The notes: a model not told the origin generated them from the letters alone. DNA of 53,851 bases from a virus (IMGVR_UViG_3300022744_000036:1-53851), one strand, 5' to 3'. Shown: positions 28,392-37,960, counted from the first letter of the stretch. Numbers and translations: made by a program.

Positions 28392-29363
28392 TTAGACAGG
28401 TGCCGTCCGGGGCATCGCGTTCACGATGCGGCCTTCGGACAGCGCGTTGTTGAACACGGCCTCGATGCGGGCGACTTCCTCGTCACGGCCACGGAAACGA
28501 CCCTGGGCAACGTCGCGGTAAAACGACTCGACCTCGGCCACCGTGTAGGTGCGACGGGGGTCAGCTGCGGGCTGACCGGAAGAAGCGGCGCGCGGGGCCA
28601 CTTGCTTTTCAAGCTGGGCGGAGGGCTTGGGTGTCGGAGCGGGGGCCGGCGCACGCAGGGCCTTGAACGCATTGAAGATGGCCGCAGTGCGCCCGGCGTC
28701 GCCCGACTGGGCAGCTGCCGTTAGCGCGTTCTGGCGCGGAACACCGTAGACCGGGTCTTCTTCGGCGAGCCAGGCCAGAAAGCCGTCGTCGACGTTGATT
28801 TCCTTGTAGTCCGGCACGATCCGTTCGAGCTGGTCCAGGAAGACCTGCTCCGCCGTCTTGGCCACTGTTGCGCTGGTGCCTTGAATGTGCTGCTCGATCC
28901 GCTGGAGTCGGGCCTCGAAAGCCTGCGCGGCGCCACCGAAACTCGTCTCGGCAACGCGGCGGACCATCTCAACCAGATCCGAGCCGAAAGTCTCCACGTC
29001 CTTGGGGTCGAACTGCGGGGCGGCGGGCTTATCCGCCGGCTTCGCTTGCTCCGTGCGCTGGAGCACCTCATTGAGCCGCGTGGACAGTTGGCTCACCTGG
29101 TCCTTCAAGTCACTCACATGGCGGTTGTGGATGCCCTGGAGCGTCTTGTACTTGTGCTGCCAGTCCTCGGCCTTCGGTGCAGGCTCGGGCGCTTGGGCGG
29201 CGGGGGCAGGTTCGGGTGCAACGGCCGGGGGTTCAACCGCCGGGGCCTCTGCAACAGGTGCAACAGGCGGCGGAGCAGCTGGCTCTTGGGCAGGCGCGTT
29301 GGCGCTCGCCAGAAGGGACTCAGCGTGTTCGAGCTGCTGTTGAACTTGCTTGGGCAGTGCCAT
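28392..29363 (-). CDS. scaffolding protein
   Basis: Pro/Ala-rich N-terminus, WQHKYKTLQG, coiled coil and EGRI C-terminus; precedes the coat gene. Confidence 0.8.
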   Translation of the reverse strand: MALPKQVQQQLEHAESLLASANAPAQEPAAPPPVAPVAEAPAVEPPAVAPEPAPAAQAPEPAPKAEDWQHKYKTLQGIHNRHVSDLKDQVSQLSTRLNEVLQRTEQAKPADKPAAPQFDPKDVETFGSDLVEMVRRVAETSFGGAAQAFEARLQRIEQHIQGTSATVAKTAEQVFLDQLERIVPDYKEINVDDGFLAWLAEEDPVYGVPRQNALTAAAQSGDAGRTAAIFNAFKALRAPAPAPTPKPSAQLEKQVAPRAASSGQPAADPRRTYTVAEVESFYRDVAQGRFRGRDEEVARIEAVFNNALSEGRIVNAMPRTAPV

Positions 29364-29393
29364 GAAAAACTCCTGGGTCAACGACCTGTCAGG

Positions 29394-29636
29394 TTAGAAA
29401 GCCCCTTGCGGGGGAGATACGCTGGGCCCCTTGCGTGGGGCCAGAGCCGCGTCCAGTGACTCCACAAGGTTCTGCAGGCACAGCGCATACCCTTGGGTAC
29501 GTCGCAGCTGCTCCCCGTCGGCCGTCATGACCAGCTCCTGGTGCTTGCGCGCCAACTGCTCCAGCAGGTATTCGCGCAGTCGCGGTTGTCCCCGCGCCAC
29601 GGATTCGAACATCTGCAGGTCTTTTGAAGTTAGCAC
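29394..29636 (-). CDS. hypothetical protein between portal and scaffold
   Basis: R.QG.A motif; GAGG RBS before a GTG start. Confidence 0.65.
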   Translation of the reverse strand: MLTSKDLQMFESVARGQPRLREYLLEQLARKHQELVMTADGEQLRRTQGYALCLQNLVESLDAALAPRKGPSVSPPQGAF

Positions 29637-29656
29637 TTACTCACCTCGTAGGGCGG

Positions 29657-29686
29657 AGCATAAACACGATAACACGTTAGTGTCAA
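29657..29686 (-). promoter_or_regulatory. Sigma70-like promoter of the scaffold/capsid operon with operator in the spacer
   Basis: TTGACA-18nt-TATGCT; spacer begins with CTAACGTGTTAT. Confidence 0.7.
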
Positions 29687-31761
29687 GCTCCGTAGTTGTC
29701 CGTCACAGGCGCGCCGTTGTCCAGCTGCTTCTTGGAGCTATGGCCCTGAGGGGCGGCCTGGCCTGCTGCAGCTTGCTGTGCCAGCATCTGCTGGGCACGC
29801 TGGGCCAGCTGGGTCTTGAGCTGGGTGTCCGAAGGCACGATGTCCGACGAGTCCAGGTCCAGCGTCTTGGCCGTCGAGCGCAGCAGCTCAGCGATGCCGG
29901 GCACGCCGATGATCTCCTGCACCACCGGGCTTTGCAGGGCCACGGTGAGGAACTCGTTGCGGCGGACTTGCGCGGCGTCCTTGGTAACCAGCGACAGCGC
30001 CCCGCGCGCCTCGATGTTGAGGTCGCCTTTGAGGTCAGGGTCGCCGACGTAGCGCATGATGTACTCGTAGCCGCTGCGGCACACGGGCTCGATGACCCGA
30101 AAGTCCAGGCTGGCCAGCCGATCCTTGACCGTCTTGTTGGCGTTGCCGATCATCATGGACATGCCAGAGGCGGTGCGCCCTGCCCCGTTGGCCCCGTCGA
30201 TGCCGGCCATGTAGCGCGGGATGCCCGTGTACTCGTCGGCCAGCTGGCTGAAACGCTCAAACACCGTCATCAGCTCGTTGGCGTTGCTGGTAGGCTGGAA
30301 GAACCCCATCGGGGCGGCCGACGACCCCGCCGGGTCGGTGATGGTCTGCGTAATCTTCCACGGATACAGCGCCGTGATGTCCTCGCCGGGCGGCAGGCGG
30401 TCGATGTTGACCCACACCTGGGGGCCCGAGGCGATGCCGAGATTGTTGGACAGCGCCCGCGCGGCCGCGTTGCACATGTCCTGGCAGTCGCACATGGTGT
30501 CGAACAGGGACACGCCCCAGAACGCCCCCGGCTGGCGCTTGAAACTGTCCGTGAAGTACGGCCGACGAGCCAGCGGGTCTGCGTTGATGACCGCCTTGAT
30601 GACGTCCGTGCCGACCAGCCAGGCTTCCACTTCGTAGGTCTTGGCCTCGTCCGGCACTTCTTCGGGCGTCATGCCCCACTCGCGCAGCAGCTTGCCCGTC
30701 GCCGAGCCCCAATACTGCAGGGTGTCGATGAGGTCGGAACTCTGCTCAAGGGGTAGCGTGGTGCGGCCCTCGGCCCGAGCCCGCTCCGTATCCACGGCGA
30801 GCCAGTCGTGCAGCCCGTTGATGCCGTGCAGGTCCAGCACACGGCGGATAGCGTCCTCGCTGTAGCCCTCCACGCCGATCATCTCGCTCAGGGCCTGCGG
30901 AGTCAGGCGATGCCGCTCGATCAGGTAGCCGTCGTTGATGGTCCGCGAATGTGGGGAGGGGTAGACGTTGAGGGGGTCCACGCGCTCCCAGTGCGGCTTG
31001 ATCGCTTCAGTTGCAATGGGCCGGTACGTGCCATCCTGGCCGGGCTGCCACGACAAGGTGCCCACGCGGCGCATGACAGGACCCTTGATGAACGCCGTCT
31101 TGAACACCGCCAGGTCGTCCAGGAACTGGTCCAGCGCCTCGTAGAAGCCCCCTTCGACCAGCAGGTCCTCCAGCTTGGTCTCCGCGCGCTTGCTGCGCGC
31201 CCGGGCCTCCTCGTCCGTCGAAGCCTCCGCCTGCGTCTTGGCGTCGCGCATCAACTGGCGAATCTGGTCCACACTCAGCGGCGTCGGGCTCTGCTCAGCC
31301 TGCATGACCAGCTCGGCCACCCCCTTGAGGATGCTGGCCACGATGTCCGGCGGGAGTTCCGGTGCCGGAGTAGCTTTCAGGGACCAGGGCTTGTCGTCGC
31401 CTGACCCCATGAGCACGTCGGACAGCAGGGCCTTGAACTGCCTCGCCTTGGTGGCGAACAGCATCATGTAAATCTCGGAGCTGTTCTGGTCCTTCAGGCG
31501 CTGCAGTTTGTCGGGGTCGTACTCGCCGCGCATGGAGCGCAGGGCCCGCAGCATCAGCTGCTCCGTCTCCCGCTTGGCGTACTTGGCCAGCTCCCAGTGC
31601 TTGCGGATCTGCGCCGCCAGAGACTGGATGACGACGTCGTTGCGGCCGTCTTCGGCCCGGGCCTGCTGGCGGTCCTGCTCAAGCAGCGCGCTCAGCGGCC
31701 GAACAGACATGATGCCGCCCACGCTCGCGCTCTGTTGCGGAATCTGGAGTCCTAGCTGCAT
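29683..31761 (-). CDS. portal protein
   Basis: 692 aa; RVDPLNVYP, SFKRQPGAFWG, ASGPQV and RTASGMSM motifs. Confidence 0.9.
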   Translation of the reverse strand: MQLGLQIPQQSASVGGIMSVRPLSALLEQDRQQARAEDGRNDVVIQSLAAQIRKHWELAKYAKRETEQLMLRALRSMRGEYDPDKLQRLKDQNSSEIYMMLFATKARQFKALLSDVLMGSGDDKPWSLKATPAPELPPDIVASILKGVAELVMQAEQSPTPLSVDQIRQLMRDAKTQAEASTDEEARARSKRAETKLEDLLVEGGFYEALDQFLDDLAVFKTAFIKGPVMRRVGTLSWQPGQDGTYRPIATEAIKPHWERVDPLNVYPSPHSRTINDGYLIERHRLTPQALSEMIGVEGYSEDAIRRVLDLHGINGLHDWLAVDTERARAEGRTTLPLEQSSDLIDTLQYWGSATGKLLREWGMTPEEVPDEAKTYEVEAWLVGTDVIKAVINADPLARRPYFTDSFKRQPGAFWGVSLFDTMCDCQDMCNAAARALSNNLGIASGPQVWVNIDRLPPGEDITALYPWKITQTITDPAGSSAAPMGFFQPTSNANELMTVFERFSQLADEYTGIPRYMAGIDGANGAGRTASGMSMMIGNANKTVKDRLASLDFRVIEPVCRSGYEYIMRYVGDPDLKGDLNIEARGALSLVTKDAAQVRRNEFLTVALQSPVVQEIIGVPGIAELLRSTAKTLDLDSSDIVPSDTQLKTQLAQRAQQMLAQQAAAGQAAPQGHSSKKQLDNGAPVTDNYGA

Positions 31762-31778
31762 GTCGATGTGCTCGTGGG

Positions 31779-32288
31779 TTAGGGGGTGACCTTGACGATC
31801 GCGGACCCGTAGTCGGTCACGCAGCGATCCACAATGGCGGTCGGGGTGTACGTCGGCCCTAGATTGACGTCCGACAAACTGCGGGCTTTACCGACGTACT
31901 CGGCGCATTCCCAGGCGTCGTTCTCTCCGGCGCGCACGGCCCCTAGGGCCGCCTTGACAGCCTCCAGCTTGGAGTAGCGCCCCTTGCCCACCAGCTCAAA
32001 GCAGAAGCCCTCTTCGATGTCGCTCATCTGGCGGTTCAGTCGCAACCAGTAAAGACCCTCCGGCCCTAACAGGTTAGACACGGGCACCATCCGAACGAAC
32101 GGCGTGACCGATTCCAGGACAAACAGGCGCCCGTGGTGACGGTACGCAAGCCCGACGTGGCAGAACTCCGACCGAGTGAACACCCGCACCGCCTGCACCT
32201 GCCAGTCATACCACGTCGCCCACCCGCGATGCGTCCAGGCCAGGACATCACCTGACCGGATCAGCGAGCGGGCGTCGGAGTAGCGCAT
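31779..32288 (-). CDS. permuted NlpC/P60 (YiiX/YebB-like) cysteine hydrolase
   Basis: GDVL, SEFCHVG and WECAEYV (His precedes Cys). Confidence 0.7.
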   Translation of the reverse strand: MRYSDARSLIRSGDVLAWTHRGWATWYDWQVQAVRVFTRSEFCHVGLAYRHHGRLFVLESVTPFVRMVPVSNLLGPEGLYWLRLNRQMSDIEEGFCFELVGKGRYSKLEAVKAALGAVRAGENDAWECAEYVGKARSLSDVNLGPTYTPTAIVDRCVTDYGSAIVKVTP

Positions 32289-32290
32289 GG

Positions 32291-33007
32291 TCAGCGGATC
32301 GCGGCGGCGGCAACAAACAGCGCATCGATCTGCTCGGATGTGAGGCCGAGAGCGCCCTGCAGTTGAGCGATCAGTGGGTTGTCGCGGCGCACGGCGCTGG
32401 ACTTTTCCCAGGTGATCCGCGCGGCCCGGCCGGCGTCGCCCGGGATCGCCGCGATCGCGGTGTCCACGGTGTCCAGCAGACCCGCGCCCAGCAGCGCGAG
32501 CTGGGCCTGGCGCATCGTCACTTCCTGCGGCACACCGTTGATGGCTGGCGGCACGAGCGCATCTAGTTGTGCCTGCAGCGTCTGCACCTGGGCCTGCGCA
32601 GCATCGCGCGCCTGCTCGGCGGTGGTCTTCTCGGCGTTCAGCGCCGTCAGTTGCGCGGCGCTTGCCTGCGCGGTTGCAGCCTTCTCGCTGGCGAGCGCGG
32701 CAAGCTGTTCAGCGTGTGCCTGAGCGAGCGCCGCCTTTTCTGCGTTCAGCGCGGCGATCTGCGCCTGCGCCTCGTCATAGGCGATCACGAGACCGGCGTT
32801 GATCTCAGCGGCGACATCGGGCCAGGTGAAGCCGGCGCCAGCCGCCTCGCCGATCGTGGTTGCCCGCCCAGGTTGGCGGACAATTTCCTGCCCGTCGCTG
32901 GTGATGACGCGGAAGCGCTCGACGTGCCCGCCCTTGTATGCGCCGTCCGTGTCTCCACGGAAGGCCAGAACGACGCGCTCGATGTGGTTGGTTTCGTTCA
33001 GTGCCAT
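32291..33007 (-). CDS. fibre-associated assembly/chaperone protein
   Basis: Coiled coil, VTMRQAQLAL and LGLTSEQIDALF motifs. Confidence 0.65.
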   Translation of the reverse strand: MALNETNHIERVVLAFRGDTDGAYKGGHVERFRVITSDGQEIVRQPGRATTIGEAAGAGFTWPDVAAEINAGLVIAYDEAQAQIAALNAEKAALAQAHAEQLAALASEKAATAQASAAQLTALNAEKTTAEQARDAAQAQVQTLQAQLDALVPPAINGVPQEVTMRQAQLALLGAGLLDTVDTAIAAIPGDAGRAARITWEKSSAVRRDNPLIAQLQGALGLTSEQIDALFVAAAAIR

Positions 33008-33014
33008 GGTGTCC

Positions 33015-34415
33015 TCACACAGATGTGACGGTTTCCCAACCCGACGCGCCGCCGATGCGGAGCTTGTCGAGGTCGGTGTTGAAGTAGCTCGACCCGTTGG
33101 CCCACGATGGTTCGGTCGCGTTCGTGAATTGGCCGTGCGCCGTGGTGCCAGTGGCGATCAAGTTTCGGAGCTTCAGGTCGCGGTAAGTGCCGGCGGTGCC
33201 GGAGTTGATTTCCAGTACCCCGGCCGCGCTCCGCGAAAATCCAACGTCTTGGCTCCCGTAGGCCTCCGATGTGCTGCTGCTCCACGCGACCGCACCGCCC
33301 GCGATCAGCCCGATGCCAAATCCGGTGGACACTCCCTGCAGCGTCCCGATTCGCACTGCGCTGGAATTTGCGCCCGTGACAGTGTTGACTCCGCACGTTG
33401 CGTAAAAGCCGCTCGATCGCATCCCGCCACCGGGGTAGGTGGGCGTCGCACCGACGTGATACAGGACTCCATATTGACCTGAGATCAGCGCAGAGTACGT
33501 GCCGTCTGATGTGGCGCCAAATTCGACGGCTTTGTCAGCGTCAGTGAATGCGGTGGAGCTGGTAGCAACCGTCTTCAATTGCAGGTTGCCGGTGGCGGTC
33601 AGGTTTCTGAGCTTGATGTCGCGGAAGCTGCCTGCCGTGCCATTGTTGATCTCGACAACGCCGGCTGCGTTGCGATCGACACCCAGGTCCAACACGGTAT
33701 TTGCAGTGCCGAATAGTGCAAGGCCGGCAGCATGCATGTGGTAATAGGCCGATGAGTTGCGGACGGCAACACCGGCCGGGCCGGCGATCTTGTCCATGAT
33801 GCCGTAGGTCTGGTTCGCCGGGGCGAACATCTCGGCGCCGATCGGTACCCATGTAACCGAGTTAGCGTCGGTCGCGCGAACCCGTCCGCTGCCATATGTG
33901 AGTGCCGCCGACGATCCGAGCTTGACGCCGCTACTGGCGGTGACATACCCGCCGAACGCCACGTCCGCCCCCGACACGCTCGACCCCGACACCGCACCCA
34001 TAGCCGACCCGCTGGATCGGTACTGCAGTTCGGTGCCGGTGCCGGCTGGCGATGCCCCGCCGCTGACGGTCAAGTCACCAGACCCCAGCACGCTGGACCC
34101 GTTGATGGTCTTGATGTTCGTGCCGCTGACCAGCGCGTCCTGCTTGGCGTTGGTGGCCAGGGCCGCCCAGGCGGTCAGGTTGGCGCTTGCCGCCTGGAAC
34201 ACCGACCCAAGGGCGGTCTTCAGGTTGGCCCAAGTGAGCTTCTTGCCCGCGCCGGAGGCGGCGCTATCGGAGATGGGCAAGCTGTCTGCATCGACCGGGG
34301 TAGTCTTGGCCGTCAGAGCCGCAGTGGACGTGCCGATGTCTTGCACCGCCGAGTTGGCTTTGGCGACCGCAGCGTCAACCTGCGCGCCTGTGTACGAGCT
34401 GTTGTAGTCAGGCAT
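33015..34415 (-). CDS. fibre/appendage protein
   Basis: KTTPVDADS, KKLTWANLK and LVSGTNIKTINGSSVLGSG fibre modules. Confidence 0.75.
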   Translation of the reverse strand: MPDYNSSYTGAQVDAAVAKANSAVQDIGTSTAALTAKTTPVDADSLPISDSAASGAGKKLTWANLKTALGSVFQAASANLTAWAALATNAKQDALVSGTNIKTINGSSVLGSGDLTVSGGASPAGTGTELQYRSSGSAMGAVSGSSVSGADVAFGGYVTASSGVKLGSSAALTYGSGRVRATDANSVTWVPIGAEMFAPANQTYGIMDKIAGPAGVAVRNSSAYYHMHAAGLALFGTANTVLDLGVDRNAAGVVEINNGTAGSFRDIKLRNLTATGNLQLKTVATSSTAFTDADKAVEFGATSDGTYSALISGQYGVLYHVGATPTYPGGGMRSSGFYATCGVNTVTGANSSAVRIGTLQGVSTGFGIGLIAGGAVAWSSSTSEAYGSQDVGFSRSAAGVLEINSGTAGTYRDLKLRNLIATGTTAHGQFTNATEPSWANGSSYFNTDLDKLRIGGASGWETVTSV

Positions 34416-34576
34416 CACCGCACCTTGAAGTTGTTGCCGTCACTGGTGACGAAGTTCTTCCCGTCCGAGGTCTTGAACTGGTACCAGACCAGGGGGCCGA
34501 GGTTGTAGGCCGCCTCGCGCACCGTGCGCAGCACGGGCAGGAACGGCGAGCGCAGCGCTGCGAGGAACTGGCTCAT
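34415..34576 (-). CDS. small 53-aa protein (below the ORF-track cutoff)
   Basis: MSQFLAALRSPF...FKTSDGKNFVTSDGNNFKVR; TGATG coupled to the fibre gene. Confidence 0.65.
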   Translation of the reverse strand: MSQFLAALRSPFLPVLRTVREAAYNLGPLVWYQFKTSDGKNFVTSDGNNFKVR

Positions 34577-34579
34577 GGC

Positions 34580-34852
34580 TCAGTTCTGGTCGACCCCGTA
34601 GGCCGTGCCCAGGGGGTTACGCACCACGCGGAACGTGCCGGCAGCGGCCAGCACTTTGATGGGCTCCTGGTCCGTCAGGCGCCCGATGGTGTAGTAGTTG
34701 CCGTCAGCCGACTTGGCCTGGATGTCGGCGTTGGCCCCCTGCGGAATCTGCGCGGTGGCAGACTTGAGCAGCAGGGTAGCAGAGGACCCAGCGGAGACAG
34801 TGATGTCCGCCGAATTGGCCAGGGTCGTTCCGGAAGAAATCAGCTCGGCCAT
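34580..34852 (-). CDS. small virion-associated protein
   Basis: GGAGG RBS; beta-rich composition. Confidence 0.65.
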   Translation of the reverse strand: MAELISSGTTLANSADITVSAGSSATLLLKSATAQIPQGANADIQAKSADGNYYTIGRLTDQEPIKVLAAAGTFRVVRNPLGTAYGVDQN

Positions 34853-34866
34853 GGGGCCTCCAAGGA

Positions 34867-34911
34867 CTAACAGGTTAGCGTATTATGCACCGCTTCCGTA
34901 AGTGGGCGCAA
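34867..34911 (-). promoter_or_regulatory. promoter-like element with operator over the start site
   Basis: TTGCGC-18nt-CATAAT, then CTAACCTGTTAG at 34867-34878. Confidence 0.55.
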
Positions 34912-34914
34912 ACT

Positions 34915-36351
34915 TCAGGCGTAGACGTACCGCGAGGCCACCACTTTGCGCGCTTGCTGCCGGCCGTACCAGGGCCCCTCGATCTGCGTGTTGACGTGCA
35001 GCGCCAGGTACTGGACGGAGTCCCCGCAGTGGGAGTAGTGGTTCTTCTCGATGGTGGCCTGCATCAGGCCGCTGGTGGTGCGCTTGTAGCGGTGCCCCCA
35101 CTCCAGGGTGTTGGCGACATGGGTGCATTCGGGGTCGACCAGGAACGCGGCCGCGCCGTCGATCTGCCGGGTCAGCAGGCCCTCCACGGCCTGGATGCGC
35201 CGCTCGGGGTCGTTGGTGGATGCCTTGACCACCTTGTAGCCGCGCTGCTGCACCGCCTGCGCGATGGTTTTCTCGTCGACCTGTGAGCGGGCGAAGCACG
35301 CCGGGTCCAGCACGAACACGATATTCTCCGACCGGAACTGGGGGAACTTGGCCCGCAGCTTTGGGATGAGCAGCCTGTCGAGGAACGTCTCCACGCCCAT
35401 GGTCTCGCCCTCGGGGACGTATGCCTCGGCGAGGATGTTGACCCGCCCCCGCGCGTCCTGCTGGCCCACCGTGGCCGCCGCCGTGAGCCCGTTGTCCATC
35501 CCCACAATGAGGGGGTGCAGGGTCTGCATGATGGCGTTGAGCGGGGTCTTGGAGACGTGGAACGACTTCTTGAACGTCCCCTTGTAGATGGGCTGCCCCA
35601 GGTCCCCGGCGCCGAACTGGTTCTTGAGGTAGACGTTGATCCAGTCCTCGCTCTTGCCCGACACGAGGTTCTCGTAGTAGTCGGGCGCCAGGTTCTCCAG
35701 GTTCTCGGCGTCCGCGTTGAGTGACCCGTCGTCCAGCAGCGCTGCGGGCTGGATAAACGCCTCCACGCCCTTCTCTGTGCCCGTCATCAGGCCGTGCCAG
35801 AAGCCCCCCACCGGGGGCGGGTTCATCGAGCAGATGACGCCGGGGTAGGTCACGCCCCCAGCGATGCGTGACGGGTAGCGGTTGACCCGGCCCTGCAGGC
35901 CAGAGAAGACCTCGGGGTCCACCTCGCGGGCCTCCTCCACCCACGCCGCGCTGGCCTCCAGGGACAGTAGGCGCCGCACGTCCTCCGGGGTGTCGGCCGC
36001 CATCAGCATGAACTCGCTGTGCACCACCGTGTCGTCGGGCAGGCGGAATTTGGCTTCGAACACGTTCTCCGACAGCCGCCACTGGCCCATCGTCCCGCCC
36101 GTCATCGTGACGAACCAGGTGTCGATCAGGGGCTTGACCGTCGACTTGAGCTGCGCCACCGTGTTGCGCAGGATGATGAACTTGGTGCGCCGCACCCCGT
36201 TGAACGGCGACTGACCAACCGCACGCTGCAGCAGGTCCATGAGGGCCACGGTCGACTTGCCGCCACCCACGGGCCCCATGATGAGCTTGATGAAGGCCCT
36301 GGAGTTCAGGAACCTCTGGCCCGTTGCGCCGGCCTTGTAGTCGAGCGACAT
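34915..36351 (-). CDS. terL: terminase large subunit
   Basis: Walker A GPVGGGKST, Walker B WVEE, MNPP, nuclease VGMD.G, DPA and YSHCGD. Confidence 0.93.
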   Translation of the reverse strand: MSLDYKAGATGQRFLNSRAFIKLIMGPVGGGKSTVALMDLLQRAVGQSPFNGVRRTKFIILRNTVAQLKSTVKPLIDTWFVTMTGGTMGQWRLSENVFEAKFRLPDDTVVHSEFMLMAADTPEDVRRLLSLEASAAWVEEAREVDPEVFSGLQGRVNRYPSRIAGGVTYPGVICSMNPPPVGGFWHGLMTGTEKGVEAFIQPAALLDDGSLNADAENLENLAPDYYENLVSGKSEDWINVYLKNQFGAGDLGQPIYKGTFKKSFHVSKTPLNAIMQTLHPLIVGMDNGLTAAATVGQQDARGRVNILAEAYVPEGETMGVETFLDRLLIPKLRAKFPQFRSENIVFVLDPACFARSQVDEKTIAQAVQQRGYKVVKASTNDPERRIQAVEGLLTRQIDGAAAFLVDPECTHVANTLEWGHRYKRTTSGLMQATIEKNHYSHCGDSVQYLALHVNTQIEGPWYGRQQARKVVASRYVYA

Positions 36352-36692
36352 CAGTCGAGGTCCAGATCGGCGTTCACCGCCACGTTGGCCAGCAGTGCGG
36401 GAGTGGGCTCAAGCAGCACCGTTTGCGTGGAATTCTCCCCCACGGCGGTCATCTGCATCGCCCCTCCGTTATGGAACGTAATGTTGAACACCGGCAGTGC
36501 GGCGTTGGCGTCCTGCTTCTTCTCGGTCTCAAGGCCGAGCGCCCGGATCGCCAGCTCCACCGCTTTGCGCTTGTCGTCCACGGTGCCATCGGTGCGCAAG
36601 GAGTCGAGGTAGTCCACCAGCAGGCTGGCAGCCGTCTCCTCCAGCGAGTCGAGGAACGCTTCCTTGAAGGCCTGGCGGGTCTGCGCGGACAT
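36351..36692 (-). CDS. putative terminase small subunit
   Basis: Coupled directly upstream of terL; helical with a C-terminal FNITF strand. Confidence 0.55.
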   Translation of the reverse strand: MSAQTRQAFKEAFLDSLEETAASLLVDYLDSLRTDGTVDDKRKAVELAIRALGLETEKKQDANAALPVFNITFHNGGAMQMTAVGENSTQTVLLEPTPALLANVAVNADLDLD

Positions 36693-36719
36693 CGGTAGGG
36701 GTGGAGGTGGTGCGCGGCG

Positions 36720-36884
36720 TCAGCAGGCGCGCTTGGAGCGCGTAGCCGGCACCTTGCCTGCGGGCTTGGCCTGACGGCGGTCGTAGGCTTCCTCGCGGGC
36801 GGACCCCTCCTTCATCGAGCGGGACTCGACATCGCGCTTGGAGCGCTCGAAGGACTTGGGGGTGGAGGGGGGTTTGCGGTTCAT
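36720..36884 (-). CDS. small basic 54-aa protein
   Basis: MNRKPPSTPKSFERSKRDVESRSMKEGSAREEAYDRRQ...; good GC3. Confidence 0.6.
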   Translation of the reverse strand: MNRKPPSTPKSFERSKRDVESRSMKEGSAREEAYDRRQAKPAGKVPATRSKRAC

Positions 36885-36890
36885 GGCGCG

Positions 36891-36919
36891 ATGTTAGCGT
36901 GGATGGGCGTTCGCGGCAA
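36891..36919 (-). promoter_or_regulatory. Sigma70-like promoter for the packaging operon, probably leaderless
   Basis: TTGCCG-17nt-TAACAT, only 6 nt before the ATG; no SD sequence. Confidence 0.55.
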
Positions 36920-37097
36920 GTTAGTGCTTGACGGGCTGAGCGGTTAGGGTGTTAAATATTTAACACGTCCGTGAAAACTGACTGGCCGTGGAGACCGGGT
37001 GATTAAGGGCTGGGGGCGGGGCTAGATCCGCGTGCCCACTCCCCCCGGTCCCCGGGACCCCCAAGGCCCGGCCAGGTTGACGCGGCCCTATAGGTAA

Positions 37098-37410
37098 GGG
37101 CGCTGATCGTAGCACCCCCAGAGCACGATGAAAGGCCCGTTAGGCTCAGTGCGTTAGCGCCCGGTCCGTAGACTGCGCGCGGCCCGCTGCAAAGCCCGAC
37201 GTTCCCGGAGTGGTCGGTCATTAACAATTCAGTTCCGGCGTCAGTACCCGCGAGGGGAAATGGGCCGGCGCATGTTAGGGCATGCGTGAGCTAATCCCTA
37301 CGTCCAAACCATTCCGCGCGCCTAACCCGCAAGGCACGGCGCAAAGGGCCTAGCAAACCCTTGGGATGGCTTTGGAGGATGCATTGCCTTGCAGTGTCTC
37401 CTTTGAAGCC
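37098..37410 (+). ncRNA. candidate structured RNA/leader
   Basis: Several nested stems with GNRA loops (GCGA, GTGA, GCAA); boxA-like GGTCATTAACAATT at 37216. Confidence 0.45.
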
Positions 37411-37433
37411 CATTCACTCACTTAGGACTGACC

Positions 37434-37871
37434 ATGACCACCGAAATTTCCACCGTTTCTTTCGCCGACGTCGCCACCGTGCTCAGCACGACGAACAAGG
37501 CCGGCTCCCGCGTGTCCTTCGAGGCCTCGATCGCCTTCGCGTCCAAGGACTCCCGGCTGATGCTGTCGGCCAAGACCTACGCGATCGCCGTCGAACACGG
37601 CCGCTACGCCGGCCTGATCCGCGATGCCCTCGATGCGGGCCTGATGACGAAGGACGCCGCCGGCATCGTCGCCGACATGCTCGGCGCGGCCCGCAACCCC
37701 TCCAAGGAAGTGACCGTCAGCGTATGCAACGTCATTCTTGGCCGCGTCGCTGGCAAGGCGCTCAAGGGTAAGAAGGCTTTCTATGCCGACCTGATCCGCC
37801 GCCTATACGACAGCTTGACCGGCACGCACACCCCCGCCAGCACCGACGTGGTGGAAACCGCCCAAACCTGA
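37434..37871 (+). CDS. first early gene, hypothetical
   Basis: TAGGA RBS; high-expression codon bias. Confidence 0.75.
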   Translation: MTTEISTVSFADVATVLSTTNKAGSRVSFEASIAFASKDSRLMLSAKTYAIAVEHGRYAGLIRDALDAGLMTKDAAGIVADMLGAARNPSKEVTVSVCNVILGRVAGKALKGKKAFYADLIRRLYDSLTGTHTPASTDVVETAQT

Positions 37872-37960
37872 CCGAGAGCCCAGCCTATGCCCTTCACGGG
37901 GCATGGAGTGCGCTTTCTGCACCGTGTTAGGGGGCGCCGAGCCCCCGTTAGCCCGCACTC

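Noticed and set aside
37098-37150. Hammerhead-like CTGA...GAAA
   Set aside because: Core reads CTGATCG rather than CUGANGA, and the stems do not fit the hammerhead topology.
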